From Thalia democratica (Eukaryota), in contig OZ241829.1 of the NCBI GenBank assembly GCA_965202585.1, forward strand, positions 5,518,001 through 5,582,000: a DNA stretch of 64,000 nucleotides, read 5' to 3'. A program made the position numbers and the translations under genes. The notes below the pieces were generated by a model. That model saw only the letters and a program-made list of their open reading frames with translations, did not search any database and was not told the DNA's origin. Numbering within the stretch: the first letter of the stretch is position 1; each line of letters opens with the position of its first letter. Below are positions 25,063-37,651 of this stretch, one piece after another.

Positions 25063-25410
25063 TGACATCACTTCCTGTATTGCAGTTTCGCAATAACTCT
25101 TCTGTTATTTGTGTGGGAAATTTCAATAAGCAGTTAAAAACACCTTTAAAACAGTTATACTGTACACCTTGGATTTTTTTCCACTCTCAAAATGTAAGCT
25201 GGCAGAAAGAAAATTCCATTTATTTTTACATCTTGTGTGTTAAGCTTAGTGTTAATCATTTCAGGATATTTGTTGCTAAAAATTTTCTGGCAAGCTTCCT
25301 AAGTATTTTTGGGCGGCTTTAATAATTTTCTTAAGTTCTTTTGATTAAGCTTTAACTTCCTGCATTACATTTTTGCAACAACTCGTCTATTATTTGTGTG
25401 GGAAGTTTAT
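25063..25410 (+). promoter_or_regulatory. Probable ETS-gene promoter with a duplicated ETS-site + CSL/Su(H)-site module
   Basis: ACTTCCTG at 25070 and 25355; TGTGGGAA at 25112 and 25397; TGACATCA overlaps the first ETS core; 5'-UTR-type donor AAAT|GTAAGC at ~25195. Confidence 0.45.
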
Positions 25411-26631
25411 ATAAAACAATACTGTATATAGTAATAATGTACTAGTATAAGTCATTTTTAATTTAATATTTTGTACGTTCTAGCCTAGTGGGCCTAGTGT
25501 TTTGTTTTCAGTTTGTTATTTAGTTACTAAAGTTCTACTGGTAATGTTTTCCTTACATATTTTAAGCAGCTTTTAACTTCTAAAACTCAAGTAATTTTGA
25601 AAATTTTTGCAGTTTTTGATTTAGAACTCTATACTGTCTAAGTGTATTTATTTTAGTGAACTTATTTAGTTTATCAAAACTAGATAACTGCTGTTTATTG
25701 TTGATACATTGGGAAACAATTTCTAAATTTTATATAACTCCTTGTTTATGCTAAGTATTTAAATATACTTGTCTTAGCTTTTTTTTAATTATACCTAAGT
25801 GTATGACTTGTTATTTTGCTAATTTTTTGAACTTAGAATTTTGCTATGCACAAATTTTATTTTAACATTGTTTAGTGATAACGCCGTAATTAAAATATCG
25901 ATTTTCAGGAGTTGAAAAACTTTATCAATAACAATAGTTATCTTACTAATAAGAATCAAAACTTTATAATCATTAAATGTTTAGCTAGCTAAGTGGTTCT
26001 CTCTTGCTATAAGGACGCTAGTTATAAAATAAATGAGTTTTTACTTTCAGTTTGTTTTTTATTTAGGATCAATTTGTTAGTTCATTTTAGATCTCAAAAT
26101 ACCATCAAAATGTCTAGTTAAAGGTATAAACTAGAATATATTGACTAAAACAGCAGTTTTAAAACTTTTTTTTCATGTTTTATCCTTTACATATGGTAGT
26201 TACTTACATTGTTTAAATATTAAGAAATAACAATCTAACACTATCTTAGAATTAAACTATGTTTTATAAAATTATATTTTATACTTTTTGTTATTAGCTT
26301 AGTTTTTTATTCTAAAATCTAGATAGTGATTTCTATTCTAACTTCGTTTTATTAAAAAAATGGTAATATATGACAATGTTTAAGCAGTTTGGTACTCAGA
26401 TTATTGAAAAAATTAAACTGTATATTTTCAATTCTTTTTCCGCACGAAACAATTTAAAGAAAAAATAATAAAAAGTGTTTTACAGTAAATTTAAACTTTA
26501 TAATTGTGGAACTTAGTTTATATTCTTAATTTAATTCAAAATCATAGCATACATTTTACTTCGTTAACAACTGAAGTCTTCTAAAAAACACAATATACCA
26601 TAAGCTTGGTTAAATAAAAAATACTTTATAG

Positions 26632-29600
26632 ATGAGTCTAATAGATAGCAACTTACAAACTTTTCCAAATCCTGGGTATGCAGGGAACTTTCAAGATGTG
26701 AACTCAAACTATCATCTCACAAACCAGGCAAGTTATCCTGAAAATCTTCAAACCGATAACTTGTTGCAAGATGAGGGCACAGAACAGAAGTTACCAAGTT
26801 CTTCACCGACTAGTGATGGTAAATGCGTATAAAACTACAAAGTTTTATATCAATATGTCGATTATGATATTTTAGTCGTTGCTCAGTTACTTTTAAACTT
26901 GTAACCTATAGAGAAAATCAACTTTAAAAAATATCGTTTAGAGAAACTTAGATTATTCTCCATAATAAAGATCAAACGTTTAAAATAAGCATTTTTTCAA
27001 GTTATTGTTGTTTTTGTAAACATGCTAATATACTATATAGATAAATTTTGTTAACAAAAGGTATAACCAATTTTATTTTAAATGTCATTTTCTAGTAGTC
27101 TATAGATTGACCACTATGTTTTGTATTACGCACAAAGTTAAGAAAAAATAACTTGATAATATAGTTTAAAAATTTTGTTAAAGCTTTATAGTAATTGAAG
27201 ATATATTTTCTGAAAACTAAAAAGTGATCAACTTAAAAAAAATAAAAGCTTCTTAGGGCTGTAAAAAATTGTACTTTAAATTTATGATATTGATTTCTAC
27301 CACACTAGTTTGAAAATTTGGCGCTAGAGAACATTAATGTTTTCTTTTAAATTAGTGTTATTAGTTGTTACATAACTTTGTTACTGTATGTTTTGCACTG
27401 CTTTCTTAAATACATATTATTGAACACAACTGCTAATAGAGTGTTATGTATATTGGGCATTATTTGTATTTATAAAGTAAAAGTAATCCCTTAACCCAGA
27501 TCAAAGGTTACAATGCATCTATGTTAATTAACATCAAAACTCGCGATACTTCAACGACAATATTTTAAATAAGACTAATAGATGTTTTAATATTACTGAC
27601 AAATATATTTAGGTTTTTATTGGTTTCTTGACAACTAAAAAACCACTAAACACAGAAAAGAATACTTGTGAAAGCAACAGTACACAACACAACCAATATG
27701 TAGATTATGTAGGTAGCTCCACTTTACCTTATCAACACCACATCCCAATCGGCCATAACAATTTTAATAAAAACGATGGAGGTCAAAGTAGTAACAACAA
27801 CGGGTTATTTTTTTCATTATCCACATAATTAAACTAAATATTTTTAAAGTGCATATTTTGTACCAATTTTTTTCTTAATATTATTGTTGGTTTTATTTAG
27901 AACATTACCAATTTAAAAAATAAGATTTTTATAAGTTGGCTGTATAAAAATACAGTGTTTTTAGAATATTTTTTTTTTTTAAATAACAGTTTATTCATTT
28001 ATTAAATTTTATTAGGGCAAACTTTTACCGAATGACAAAATTATTTTTATTCTTACTTTCAACTAACATGCAACTTAGCTATTATTGTTTTAGTAAGTTG
28101 TAGTAAACGTAAAAAAATTCTTAGTTTTAGTTTCTAATCTTACCAATACTATTCGAAAAATTGTTACAAACTTGCAATGTTTTAAAAACAAACTTATCAA
28201 CAGAATTGCTTCTTCTGATTATGCTAACCAGAATACAAATAATCAAGAACTACAAGTAATACCACTTATGTTTATTATATTATAAATATACAAGTTGTTT
28301 AATGAAGTTTAGGCTGTAGTTAGCTAGTGTTTTGTAAAAGCGTTCTATAAACTATTTTTTTTTGTTCGAAACAAATTAATTAATACAAATAGTAGCTTTA
28401 TAAAACTTGTATATTATTTTTTAAAGACAACGTAAATAACAATATATAAATACATTTTATAACAACGACTATTCTCTAACGTTTAAGTAAAAACTTACAT
28501 CTTGCATTAATACATCTGTTATAGACAGATTTAGTAAGTTATTTAACTTAGGAGCACGTAAAACCTATTTATTAACGCTAATAACATACTTAACATATTT
28601 AGATACAGGGATACCAACAGCCATCTACTAGTATGCACTTCCCACCAACTAGCTTTATACCAACCCAACAAATGGAGAGATATAATTGGACCACAGGTAG
28701 GTCGAACATGACAGATTACAACCAATTACAACAGAGTAATCCTCCTCAGAATATCGCTAGCACCTGTTCTACTAACTTGATAAATCATTATCAACAGCTG
28801 AGGTACTTGTTTTGAAAATAAAACATAACAGTTTTAAAAATTCCCTTTAAAATTGTTTTTTATTTCGCAGTGTTTTATATAGGTTTCGAACTTTTTATTA
28901 TTTCTTTCACCAAAATAAACTTTATTGATACTTAACTTTTTATAACAAAGTCAATAAAAGTTTATTTGGGATACAAAGAAAAATCAGGGTTTAAATTAAA
29001 AATATTTTTATTTCTTGTTTAGTTTAATTAAAAACGAATAATTTAAAAACTTCTTATGCAAGTGCATTTATTCCTTTTAAATTAATTGATTTATTTTTTT
29101 AAAGTGACTCAGCATTTGAAACAACGACGTATCCGCAACAAGATAATAGACAAAGTCCAGTAGAAGAACAAGAAAATAATGTGGATCAAAGTCCTGTAAA
29201 AGAAGAAAGTCAACAGGAAGATGATGATGAAAATAAGAGAATAAAAGTTATTGTCCCTGCCGGTTAGAATCAATTATTCAAGTTAATTTTTGACATAAAA
29301 ACATTGATAAAATAGTTGCATTGTACATATACACATATATAGTGTATATATACTAGTGAAATATACTACTATATAGCTAGTGAAATATACTTTAACTACA
29401 TTAAATGACTGTTTGAAAAAATTTTATATATTTTTTTAATAGTTTTAAACGATTTAAAATATACTTTTGCACAATTTGTTTTTTAAACATAATAACACAA
29501 AAATTCAAATAAAAATTTATTTAGTTTTCAATACGACTTAATGTTAAACTTTTTATTCAAAATTTAACCAAGACTATTTGTACAATTTGCGTTGCAAGGG

Positions 29601-32600
29601 ATCCAAAAGTTCTTAACAACAGTAACGTAATACCCCCTGTAAAAATTGATCAATACAATCCAGCAATTTGCAATCAAGGTAATTTTATGTAAACAATTTA
29701 ATGTAATCAAATGCAACTACTGCCATACTACCCTTTCTATAACGTAACTCCCCTGGTAATTTAAATTTGATTCCTAACTTCTTAAATGACCTAAAAAGTA
29801 TTTATTCATTGGACAACATATGCAAAATAAGCATTTTCCACAACTGTATAAGACAAAATTTTCCAAAGAATACTCAAGTTTTACTCAAAAACATAAGTAA
29901 AGTTTCCTAATTTTCAACTTAATTTAGTTGTTTTTTATTAACACATAACTTTTACTTTCAATTAGTATTAATAGTTTGGAAAAACGTCATCTAAAACTTT
30001 TTAAAAGTAATTAATGTTAAAATTGAACTTTTTTTTTAATTCAAACTTAATAAAAAAAATATTTTTAATTAAAAAAATTTTATAAGTCTTAATGTTTGTA
30101 ACACATAAACTAGAAACTATTTAAAACTTGCTATTAACCTTTTTATTTAACTTTACTATTATTACTTTTCTTATACGCTTTACCTTTACTTAAAACGTCA
30201 GTTCTAGATTTAAAACTTCTTTTTTTTAAACAAACATCTAGAAATTAATCCAAATGCTGTGACAAACTGTCAGAAGGAGCAGCATAAGTACCCAATAAAA
30301 AATAATGAGTTACATCAGGCTTCAAGTAAGTTACGTATTTATCTTCATTTGTAAGATTAATAGTTGTAAAAGATATAGTTTCATTCAGATATTCCTATAA
30401 TATTTAAGAAAATTAAAATTTTGTTAATAAGTGGCAAAAAGTTTTTCCAGGATATTCTTTTCATGCTTTTTTAAAACAGATCTTTCAACATAACCAAAAC
30501 TGCGGAGTGAAGAACATATAAATAAACTTTTTGTTTGAAGAAGAAATCATATTAAAATTTTTAATAGAACCAGAACTGTGGAGTGAGGAACACGTCAGAG
30601 CGTGGGTTGATTGGGTCATCGTGGAGTACGATCTACGTAATATGACGTCACAATTGTTTGAAGGTTTTGTCGGGGAGAGTTTGTGCGAACTGACAAAAGA
30701 TGATTTTATTGATATTACAAAAGATGAGAGGTCGGGAAAAATTTTTATTGATCATCTGAATTTTTTGAGAGGAGTTGAGAAAACAAGTAAGTTGTAGTTA
30801 TAATTAAAAATCAATAAGTTAAAGCTTTTAATGTGCAAATGTGTGAATAAGAGTTTTTGAGGTTTTTTTTTTGCAATAGGAAAAAGTTTATTATGTAGCC
30901 AAAGGTACTTTTGTACTGTACAATTATGTAAACTAGATGGTTTGCATGAAAGTACAGATAGTAGCATTTTAATAGTTTAAGAAAGTGACGAAATGTAACT
31001 TGTTTCAGATATAACAACAAAGCAACAATCTCTTCCAAGTTCATCACCTGCAATTTCACATCTTCAAAATCTAGTTGAGCGGAGATTTAGCGCATTTACA
31101 CCGGTTTCAAGCAAGGGAAATTCCCTTAATTGTTACCAAGACTCTGTAGCGAGAAGCAGAGTGGTCAATGGAAACTTAAGTTAGTGTTTTAATTAACAAG
31201 TATACGAAAAAATTGAAAATCCGCATGTTTTTGTTTGCGTGTTAAACAAACTTTTAAATTCTTAGTGCACTGTAGTGGTTTATTGAACAAAAACGAAAAA
31301 TTGCTCAAAATGTTTTGGTCAAGGATCTAGATACGCAAAAAGACCTCTCGGTCATCGAGTTGCAAATTTATAATGAGCTACAAATGAAAAAAAAAAGAAA
31401 AAATCTTTACAGTAAAAATTTAGACGACTCTTAAACGAAAAACTCTTTCTAAAATGAGACCATTAAACTTTAAAACTAAATTATAAAAAAATTATTTAAA
31501 TATCAACAAAAAATTTAAAATAATTTATATACCAGAGGCGTGTCTAGACATTTTTCAAAGGGGATTCACAATTTTTTTGTTTTAAATTTTCCACTTAAGT
31601 ATGCACTACCAGTTAAGTACGCATTGTGCGTACTACGCAGTATTTAGCCGAAAAGTTATGTTTTTAAAATGTTTTTTTCTGCTTAGAAATAAAAAAATAT
31701 ATATAAGTAGTATAAGAAAAATGTTATATTTTTATATATTATACTGTATTAAACTTAGATAAATTGAAACTAAAAGAATCAGATAAAAGTAATGAACTTA
31801 CAAATTGTATAATAAAACTCGTACCCGTTATTTAAGACAAATATATTAAATACAGTTCATTTAATTAACGAAAGTGGTATTATGATGAATATAGGTAATT
31901 AAAGATCAAAACTTACAGGTATTTTTAGTATATTATAATCATTGATTTAAACTTTGAAAAAAAAACAAATAAATCTATTGAATAATACAAAACTCAATAA
32001 AAAACCTTTAATATTTGTCGAAAATAAAATTGCAAATCAGTCAAATAAAACAATTGAAAGTATAATTTTTACGAGCATTATCATTAATTTTTATATTTTG
32101 TTTGGAGCTGAGTTAATAAAAAGCACAGCTGGAATAAAATTTTCTACGGTAAAAAAACACTTTTAAATTTTCAACTATCTAAAAATAACAGTAAAACAGA
32201 ATGTAAAATCTTGATAATAAATCATTTTTCATATTTTTTAGTAAAACATAAACCTAAGCTCTGTGCTGTTACTCCATACAATGTAAAAAAAATCCTTACA
32301 TTATTGAGCTAACATGTGAAATGAAAACTTTTTTATTTACGATACTATAAAAAAAATTATTTAAAATTAGTAATACACTTGTCTAAATAATAGACAAATA
32401 TGCTCAATGATATATTAACAAACTACCTACTTAAATAGTTTCAGTCAAAATAATCAAGATAATAACTATAATGAGAGTAAATAAAAAATGAATTAAAATT
32501 AAATTTAAGAAACTAAGCCAAGTTCTAAATTTGTTACTACTTAAAGATGTATTTTATAACAATGCATCACCAAGAAAATCAAAGTTCTTGAAAATATTTT

Positions 32601-35600
32601 AAAATTAAAAGTTACTAAAACTTGTAAAATAAACTAAATTAAACTTTTAGAAATAAAAGCCTTTAAATTTTTTAGCTAAACTAAGTTAATTAACAAACAC
32701 AAAGTAATATTCTGAAGTATATATGTACAAATTTTTTTATAAATATTAACTCCATGCTACTTGAAGTTTTTCAAATGATTACTTAGTAAATCTTAATAAA
32801 AAGTTTCCCAGAAAAAAAATGGTACTTTAAAACTTTTACCTATTATCACGTCACAATTAAAAATTTATTTTAAATCTATTTCAACTGGGCAAAAACGAGC
32901 AGTTTTGTTACGGAAACTTATAATCTTTCAGTGTTATAAATTTAACATTCATTATTCAAAGTTTATCAAATAACCGAAACAAAGTGAATAAACAACGATT
33001 TTAGTGATATTCTAAAAATCTTTTTTTACTTTTTTCTTTTTCTTTTTTTCAGGGGGTTCACAGGAAACAGGAAACCAGTCAAAACACGCCCCTGCTATGA
33101 ACACACATATATTTAACATTGTATACACATAAAGCATAAAATATATATTGTACTGTACTCAGTATAGTTCTGAGTTAATAAGGTTTTGTTTTTATACTAA
33201 TGTTTTAACTATAAATTTCTTCCATATCTACTTAACACAAGTTGTAACCCATTTTGAAAAACTCAGTGTCTTGTTGCTTTACATTGAGTTGGGTTTTTTT
33301 ATATTGCTAAAACACCAGTAACTTTAAAGTTTTTTTGGATTTATTGAACAAGTGGTCTGCATAAGTTGAAATGTTTAAATGAAACAAACTACATAATGTA
33401 ATAAAACTAATACACACTTTATGATTTTTTTTTGTAACAGATAATACCGCTCAACAAACAAAATGTAGTTCAGCAAGTTTGTTGAACTATGATTCGGAAG
33501 TTGATGATTACGCTAAATTCAAGCACACTGGTATGTTTGACATAAAAAGACTATTTACAGAATCCATAAAATTGTATAACTAATTACATATGTTTTGCTG
33601 TCCAAATAAATTTTTACGTTAAAACTACTTTGATTTTTTGAATAAATACACTGTATGTAAAAAAAATGAGTTTTTCTCTAGCTGTAGGGGCATAAAATGA
33701 CTTAAGATAACTATTGTTCTTTATCTTTTTTAAACTTAGAATCTCTAATTAACTTATAAAATCTTACTTTCAACTGATGATAATTTTTTTTTTCATTTTG
33801 ACGATTTGTTTTATTTTATTTGCACAAAAACATAAATAAAGCAATTTTGTAAAACAGTTAGAAGATTTAGCAACAAAGGAAATGCTCAGATACAGTTGTG
33901 GCAATTTTTACTTGAGCTTTTGAGTGATCCATCTAACTCATCTTCTATCGCTTGGGAAGGTAAATATATTTTTAATTGTTTTTAAATTACTATTAAAGTA
34001 ACTATTTTTTATTTACAAATTCCGTAAAAGTGTATGCGACATTAGTTCTATATTTTTTCCTTTAAAAAGTACAATGATCTTCTTTTTTAATACTCTCTTA
34101 TTGTGTAGTCTTTTTTGCTAAATAAAGTTTTCTAATAGTCTAATCTTGATTTCTTCTTCAGCTTACTTAATTTTATTTTACTAAAGTTTATCAACTACAC
34201 AAGTACTTACATATAATTAAAGATAATCCAAATTTTTTTTTTGAATATAATTTTATCTAATTTAGATTTTTTATTTAAACAGGAATGGACGGTGAATTCA
34301 AGATACATGATCCTATGGATGTTGCAAAAAGATGGGGAGAGAAAAAGAAAAGACCGAATATGAATTACGAAAAGCTTAGCAGGGCTTTGAGGTTAACATA
34401 TAAGCTTTATATTGTAATAATAATCTGTAATACTCCTGCTGTTTTACAAAAATGTATACAACGCATACAATATAGATTACTAATTTTATATGATCATATA
34501 TAATGTAAACATTTGTTATGTATGATATGTTTTATTAAACAAACGTTGTATTAACTGATTGATGATAAACTGATTAGAGGTAAAAATGAAATCACAAACT
34601 AATAAAATTATTTTTAGTGTAAATTTTACGAAACTAAGATAAACATTTAAAAAAATAACTTTGTCTGTTTAAAAATTTTGATCAAAGTAAAATTTAATAA
34701 TAAATATCTAGAACAGTTTTATTCTCGTAAAAAATTTTGAGCTGTATAAATACATAAAACTATATACATTGTCACAATTTTTATGTAGATTTACGAAATT
34801 GTTAAAAAAAACAAAAAAGTTATAGAATCTTTACTTTATTTGCAAATAAAAATCACACCCAAAAAGTGAAATAACACTTAAAACTTTTAGTTTTCATTAT
34901 TATTTTTTAATACTTTTTATTTTAAATGTTATATTTTTGTTCGATCTAGCCTATATAGATGTTCTATAAATTTAAATAAATTAATTACTGGGTAAATAGT
35001 TTAAACAAATGATTAATAAACCAAGATTATATATAACTAAATATATATTTATATATATATACTAATTACATAAAAAAAGGTTTATACCAACGTTTCGTAT
35101 GTGAGATACATTACCTGATATACTCATCGGTAAAGTTTCATCTTTTTGTGTTCGCGGCTTAATTTTACTTTGATTTAATATACAATTAAACTTAAACTAC
35201 GAACATTTCTAATACAACTTTTCAAAACTTTTCAAAATACATACATAAATTATAAAATTAACAAGATCAGTGTATTTTTCAAACTTAACTTGCTGTACAA
35301 AAACTTTCATTATTATAACGTCATAATACTAATAAAATTTTCTAATTCTAAATTTCTGGTAAAAATTGTTTATAAATTTTAGCTATACTGAAGAGCATAT
35401 GAGGTAATGTATCTCATGTACGAAACGGTGGTATAAACCTATTGTTTATTTATATAACCAAATAAATACTTAGCTCCAATTCAAATTGTCGAGTGCTATT
35501 GAACAAAACTTAAAAAAAAAACTAGTTATATTTAATTAATAGAGATAAATATAATATATAAAGTTATTAATACTTTAACATACAACTTGTAATCTCATAA

Positions 35601-36154
35601 AGCATATAAAAACGTTATAAAAATCACACTAAAAATATTTTAGGTACTACTACGACAAAGGCATTATGACGAAAGTAACTAGAAAGCGGTACACATACAA
35701 ATTCAATTTCAACACAATAACTATGCTACCTTCTGTTGGTGGGAATACAAGTAACCAACACAACGATGATCACATGTATAATTACTCATTGACTAATGCT
35801 TACAACTATCATGAGTTTGTCAAGCAGTCCTTGTTAGCGAGCTCTCAAGGTTATAATACAAGCAGTATGTCTGCAGGTACGTATTTTTTTTAATTTTAGA
35901 ACTTTGTGTCTCGGTTTTTCTACAACCCTATTTTCAGTGTTGCAACTGAAACAATAAACTTTCCAACAGGCTACAAACCAAGTAGCTTCCGAGGGTATTT
36001 CCCTAGAGTAGAAAGTGACCAATTAGGAGGTATAGGAGGTAGGGAGCAAGTAGGAGTGAAAGGAGGACAAATAGGAGTAAACGGAGGACAAGTGAAGTTA
36101 TTGGAGGGCAGTACATTTTACCCACAACTTCTTAGTAAAACTGATATTAGCTGA
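26632..36154 (+). CDS. ERG: ERG/FLI1-subfamily ETS transcription factor (PNT/SAM + ETS domains), 12 coding exons, 617 aa
   Basis: Exons 26632-26818, 27656-27803, 28204-28255, 28603-28802, 29105-29262, 30568-30786, 31009-31179, 33441-33530, 33858-33959, 34283-34391, 35644-35876, 35970-36154 all have GT-AG ends and matching phases, summing to 1854 nt. Motifs [22 protein letters not shown] (PNT) and [72 protein letters not shown] match ERG/FLI1. The symbol denotes the ERG/FLI1 group; N-terminal exon boundaries are less certain. Confidence 0.92.
30242..30325 (+). other. Candidate 84-nt symmetric (phase 1-1) cassette exon of the ETS gene
   Basis: CTAG| acceptor, open frame (E)[27 protein letters not shown], strong A|GTAAGT donor; same phases as the flanking introns. 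Confidence 0.5.
30568..30786 (+). CDS. ERG: PNT (pointed/SAM) domain exon of the ETS gene
   Basis: [22 protein letters not shown]...[17 protein letters not shown]...[10 protein letters not shown]; AG/GTAAGT boundaries. Confidence 0.92.
31285..31400 (+). repeat. Short dispersed (SINE-like) repeat copy with A-rich tail
   Basis: GGTCAAGGATCTAGATACGCAAAAAGACCTCTCGGTCATCGAGT...ATGAAAAAAAAAAG; mirrored at ~58240-58355. Confidence 0.65.
31516..32260. mobile_element. ~745-bp segment present only in the left arm, with a hAT-like end
   Basis: The right arm joins TCAACAAAAAAATT directly to CTGTGCTGTT; the segment has CAGAGGCGTGTCTAG at 31533, resembling hAT termini; no second TIR or TSD found. Confidence 0.5.
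33858..35876 (+). CDS. ERG: ETS DNA-binding domain, split over exons 33858-33959, 34283-34391 and 35644-35876
   Basis: [14 protein letters not shown]...[16 protein letters not shown] and KRYTYKF signatures. Confidence 0.95.
35078..35440. mobile_element. Intronic MITE-like element with ~60-bp imperfect TIRs
   Basis: AGGTTTATACCAACGTTTCGTATGTGAGATACATTACCT... is inverted relative to ...AGGTAATGTATCTCATGTACGAAACGGTGGTATAAACCT; mirrored at 54988-55338, so it predates the duplication. Superfamily not determined. Confidence 0.75.
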
Positions 36155-37651
36155 ATATTTTGAAAACGTGTACAAAAAAGTTTATGCTTTACTTAAAAAT
36201 AGGCCAATTTAGAAAGACTTTGGATATTTCACAAGTAGTCAATTTTTTTTTCTTTTAGGAAATACTTAACTAATTACAAAATGTAGCTTTAGAAAATTAT
36301 CATGTTTTAAACTTCTCAATAAAATTGAATTTTCCTCTGTAGTTAGATGATATAGAATATTGTAAGGTATTAGACAAATTGGGTTTAATAAAAGCACAAT
36401 ACTTTTAAAACTTTTGTCGTGAATATAATCTCAACTTATAGTCCTGATGTAAACAAGTTTAAAAAGTTATTGTTTAAGTTTAAATTCTAGCTTACTTTTG
36501 TTACAAACTAAGAATTATTTCGTTTATTTAAAAGAATTTTATAGCTACTGTCAAGTTATATTCATTTCTTAAAATATTGACATGTATGCATAACTTACTA
36601 ATAGATTTGAATTTTCCTGTTCGTTTTTTTTTTTCAGATAGTAATGTGTTATACTTGTTTTAAACATAATATATTGATGACGAAGATTAAATGATTCGTT
36701 AGTTGAGTGTTTGCTAAAAAATATGTTAAAAATGTAAATTATCAAAAATATTTTTTCTTGAACTTCTAAAAACATTTTAGCTATAGGTTCATTTTATTGA
36801 CTTAATTTTTGTGCAAACTATGAAACAAATATATAACATAGTTTGTTGGTTGACCTTATGTAATTGTTTTGTCTTTAAGTTTAAATTAACATAAGTCTTC
36901 GATTTTCTTTACATATATTTAATATGTTGCTAGATAATAAATATTATGACAAATACTTTACAAAAAAAATTTTTTAATGATTAAAATAAAATCAAAACAT
37001 TTTTAAAGATACTTAAGTTATGTAAAAAAGACTTGTTATCAACAAGAATCTAAAACACTTGTTAATAAACTTTTATTTCAAAGTGATAGATACCAAAAGA
37101 TTTCTAGTTTCAATGATAAGTTGACTCCTTTGTTGATGAAAAATAAGTACACTCTAATAAATCAGTGTAATATTTGTATTTGCTAAGCGGTCAGCGTTTA
37201 TAATTTTTTTTATAACATTAAACTAATAATTTTTTTTCATTCGAAATAAAATATTTGTACTTATAAGAGTTATTCTATTTGTGTTTTATAATATATTTTA
37301 ATACATTTAATTGTCCTTTTTTAGTATGAGGTAGTCACTTTTGTAAGTCTTTATAGCTGTTAAGACTCAACTTATAACTTTAGACTTTGAAATAGTGTCG
37401 ATAAACCTGTAGTGGTCAACACTTTTTAAGGAGTCGGCGAGTAAGCAAATTTTATAGATCTTGTTTTCATTTATTTTTTTTAATTCCTTTACCCCTAACC
37501 TACCTTACCCAAACATATTAAAAGCTAATAAATAATTTTATTGTAAATTAATTTAAATAAATTATGAAAATATAAGTATTTGCTGAATCAGCATATATTA
37601 GGAGAATCCCTTAACATTTCAGAAAGACTCCATTTTTTAACTGTCGATACA

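Noticed and set aside
33050-33094. Miniature hAT element (CAGGGG...CCCCTG)
   Set aside because: Only a 6-bp terminal match and no 8-bp TSD; kept instead as a candidate exon or enhancer.
35900-35969. Acceptors at 35899 and 35937 for the last ETS exon, and the ORF-track start at 35906
   Set aside because: They give short or out-of-phase products; the phase-1 acceptor at 35969 is conserved in both arms and yields the frame preserved by the 9-bp indels.
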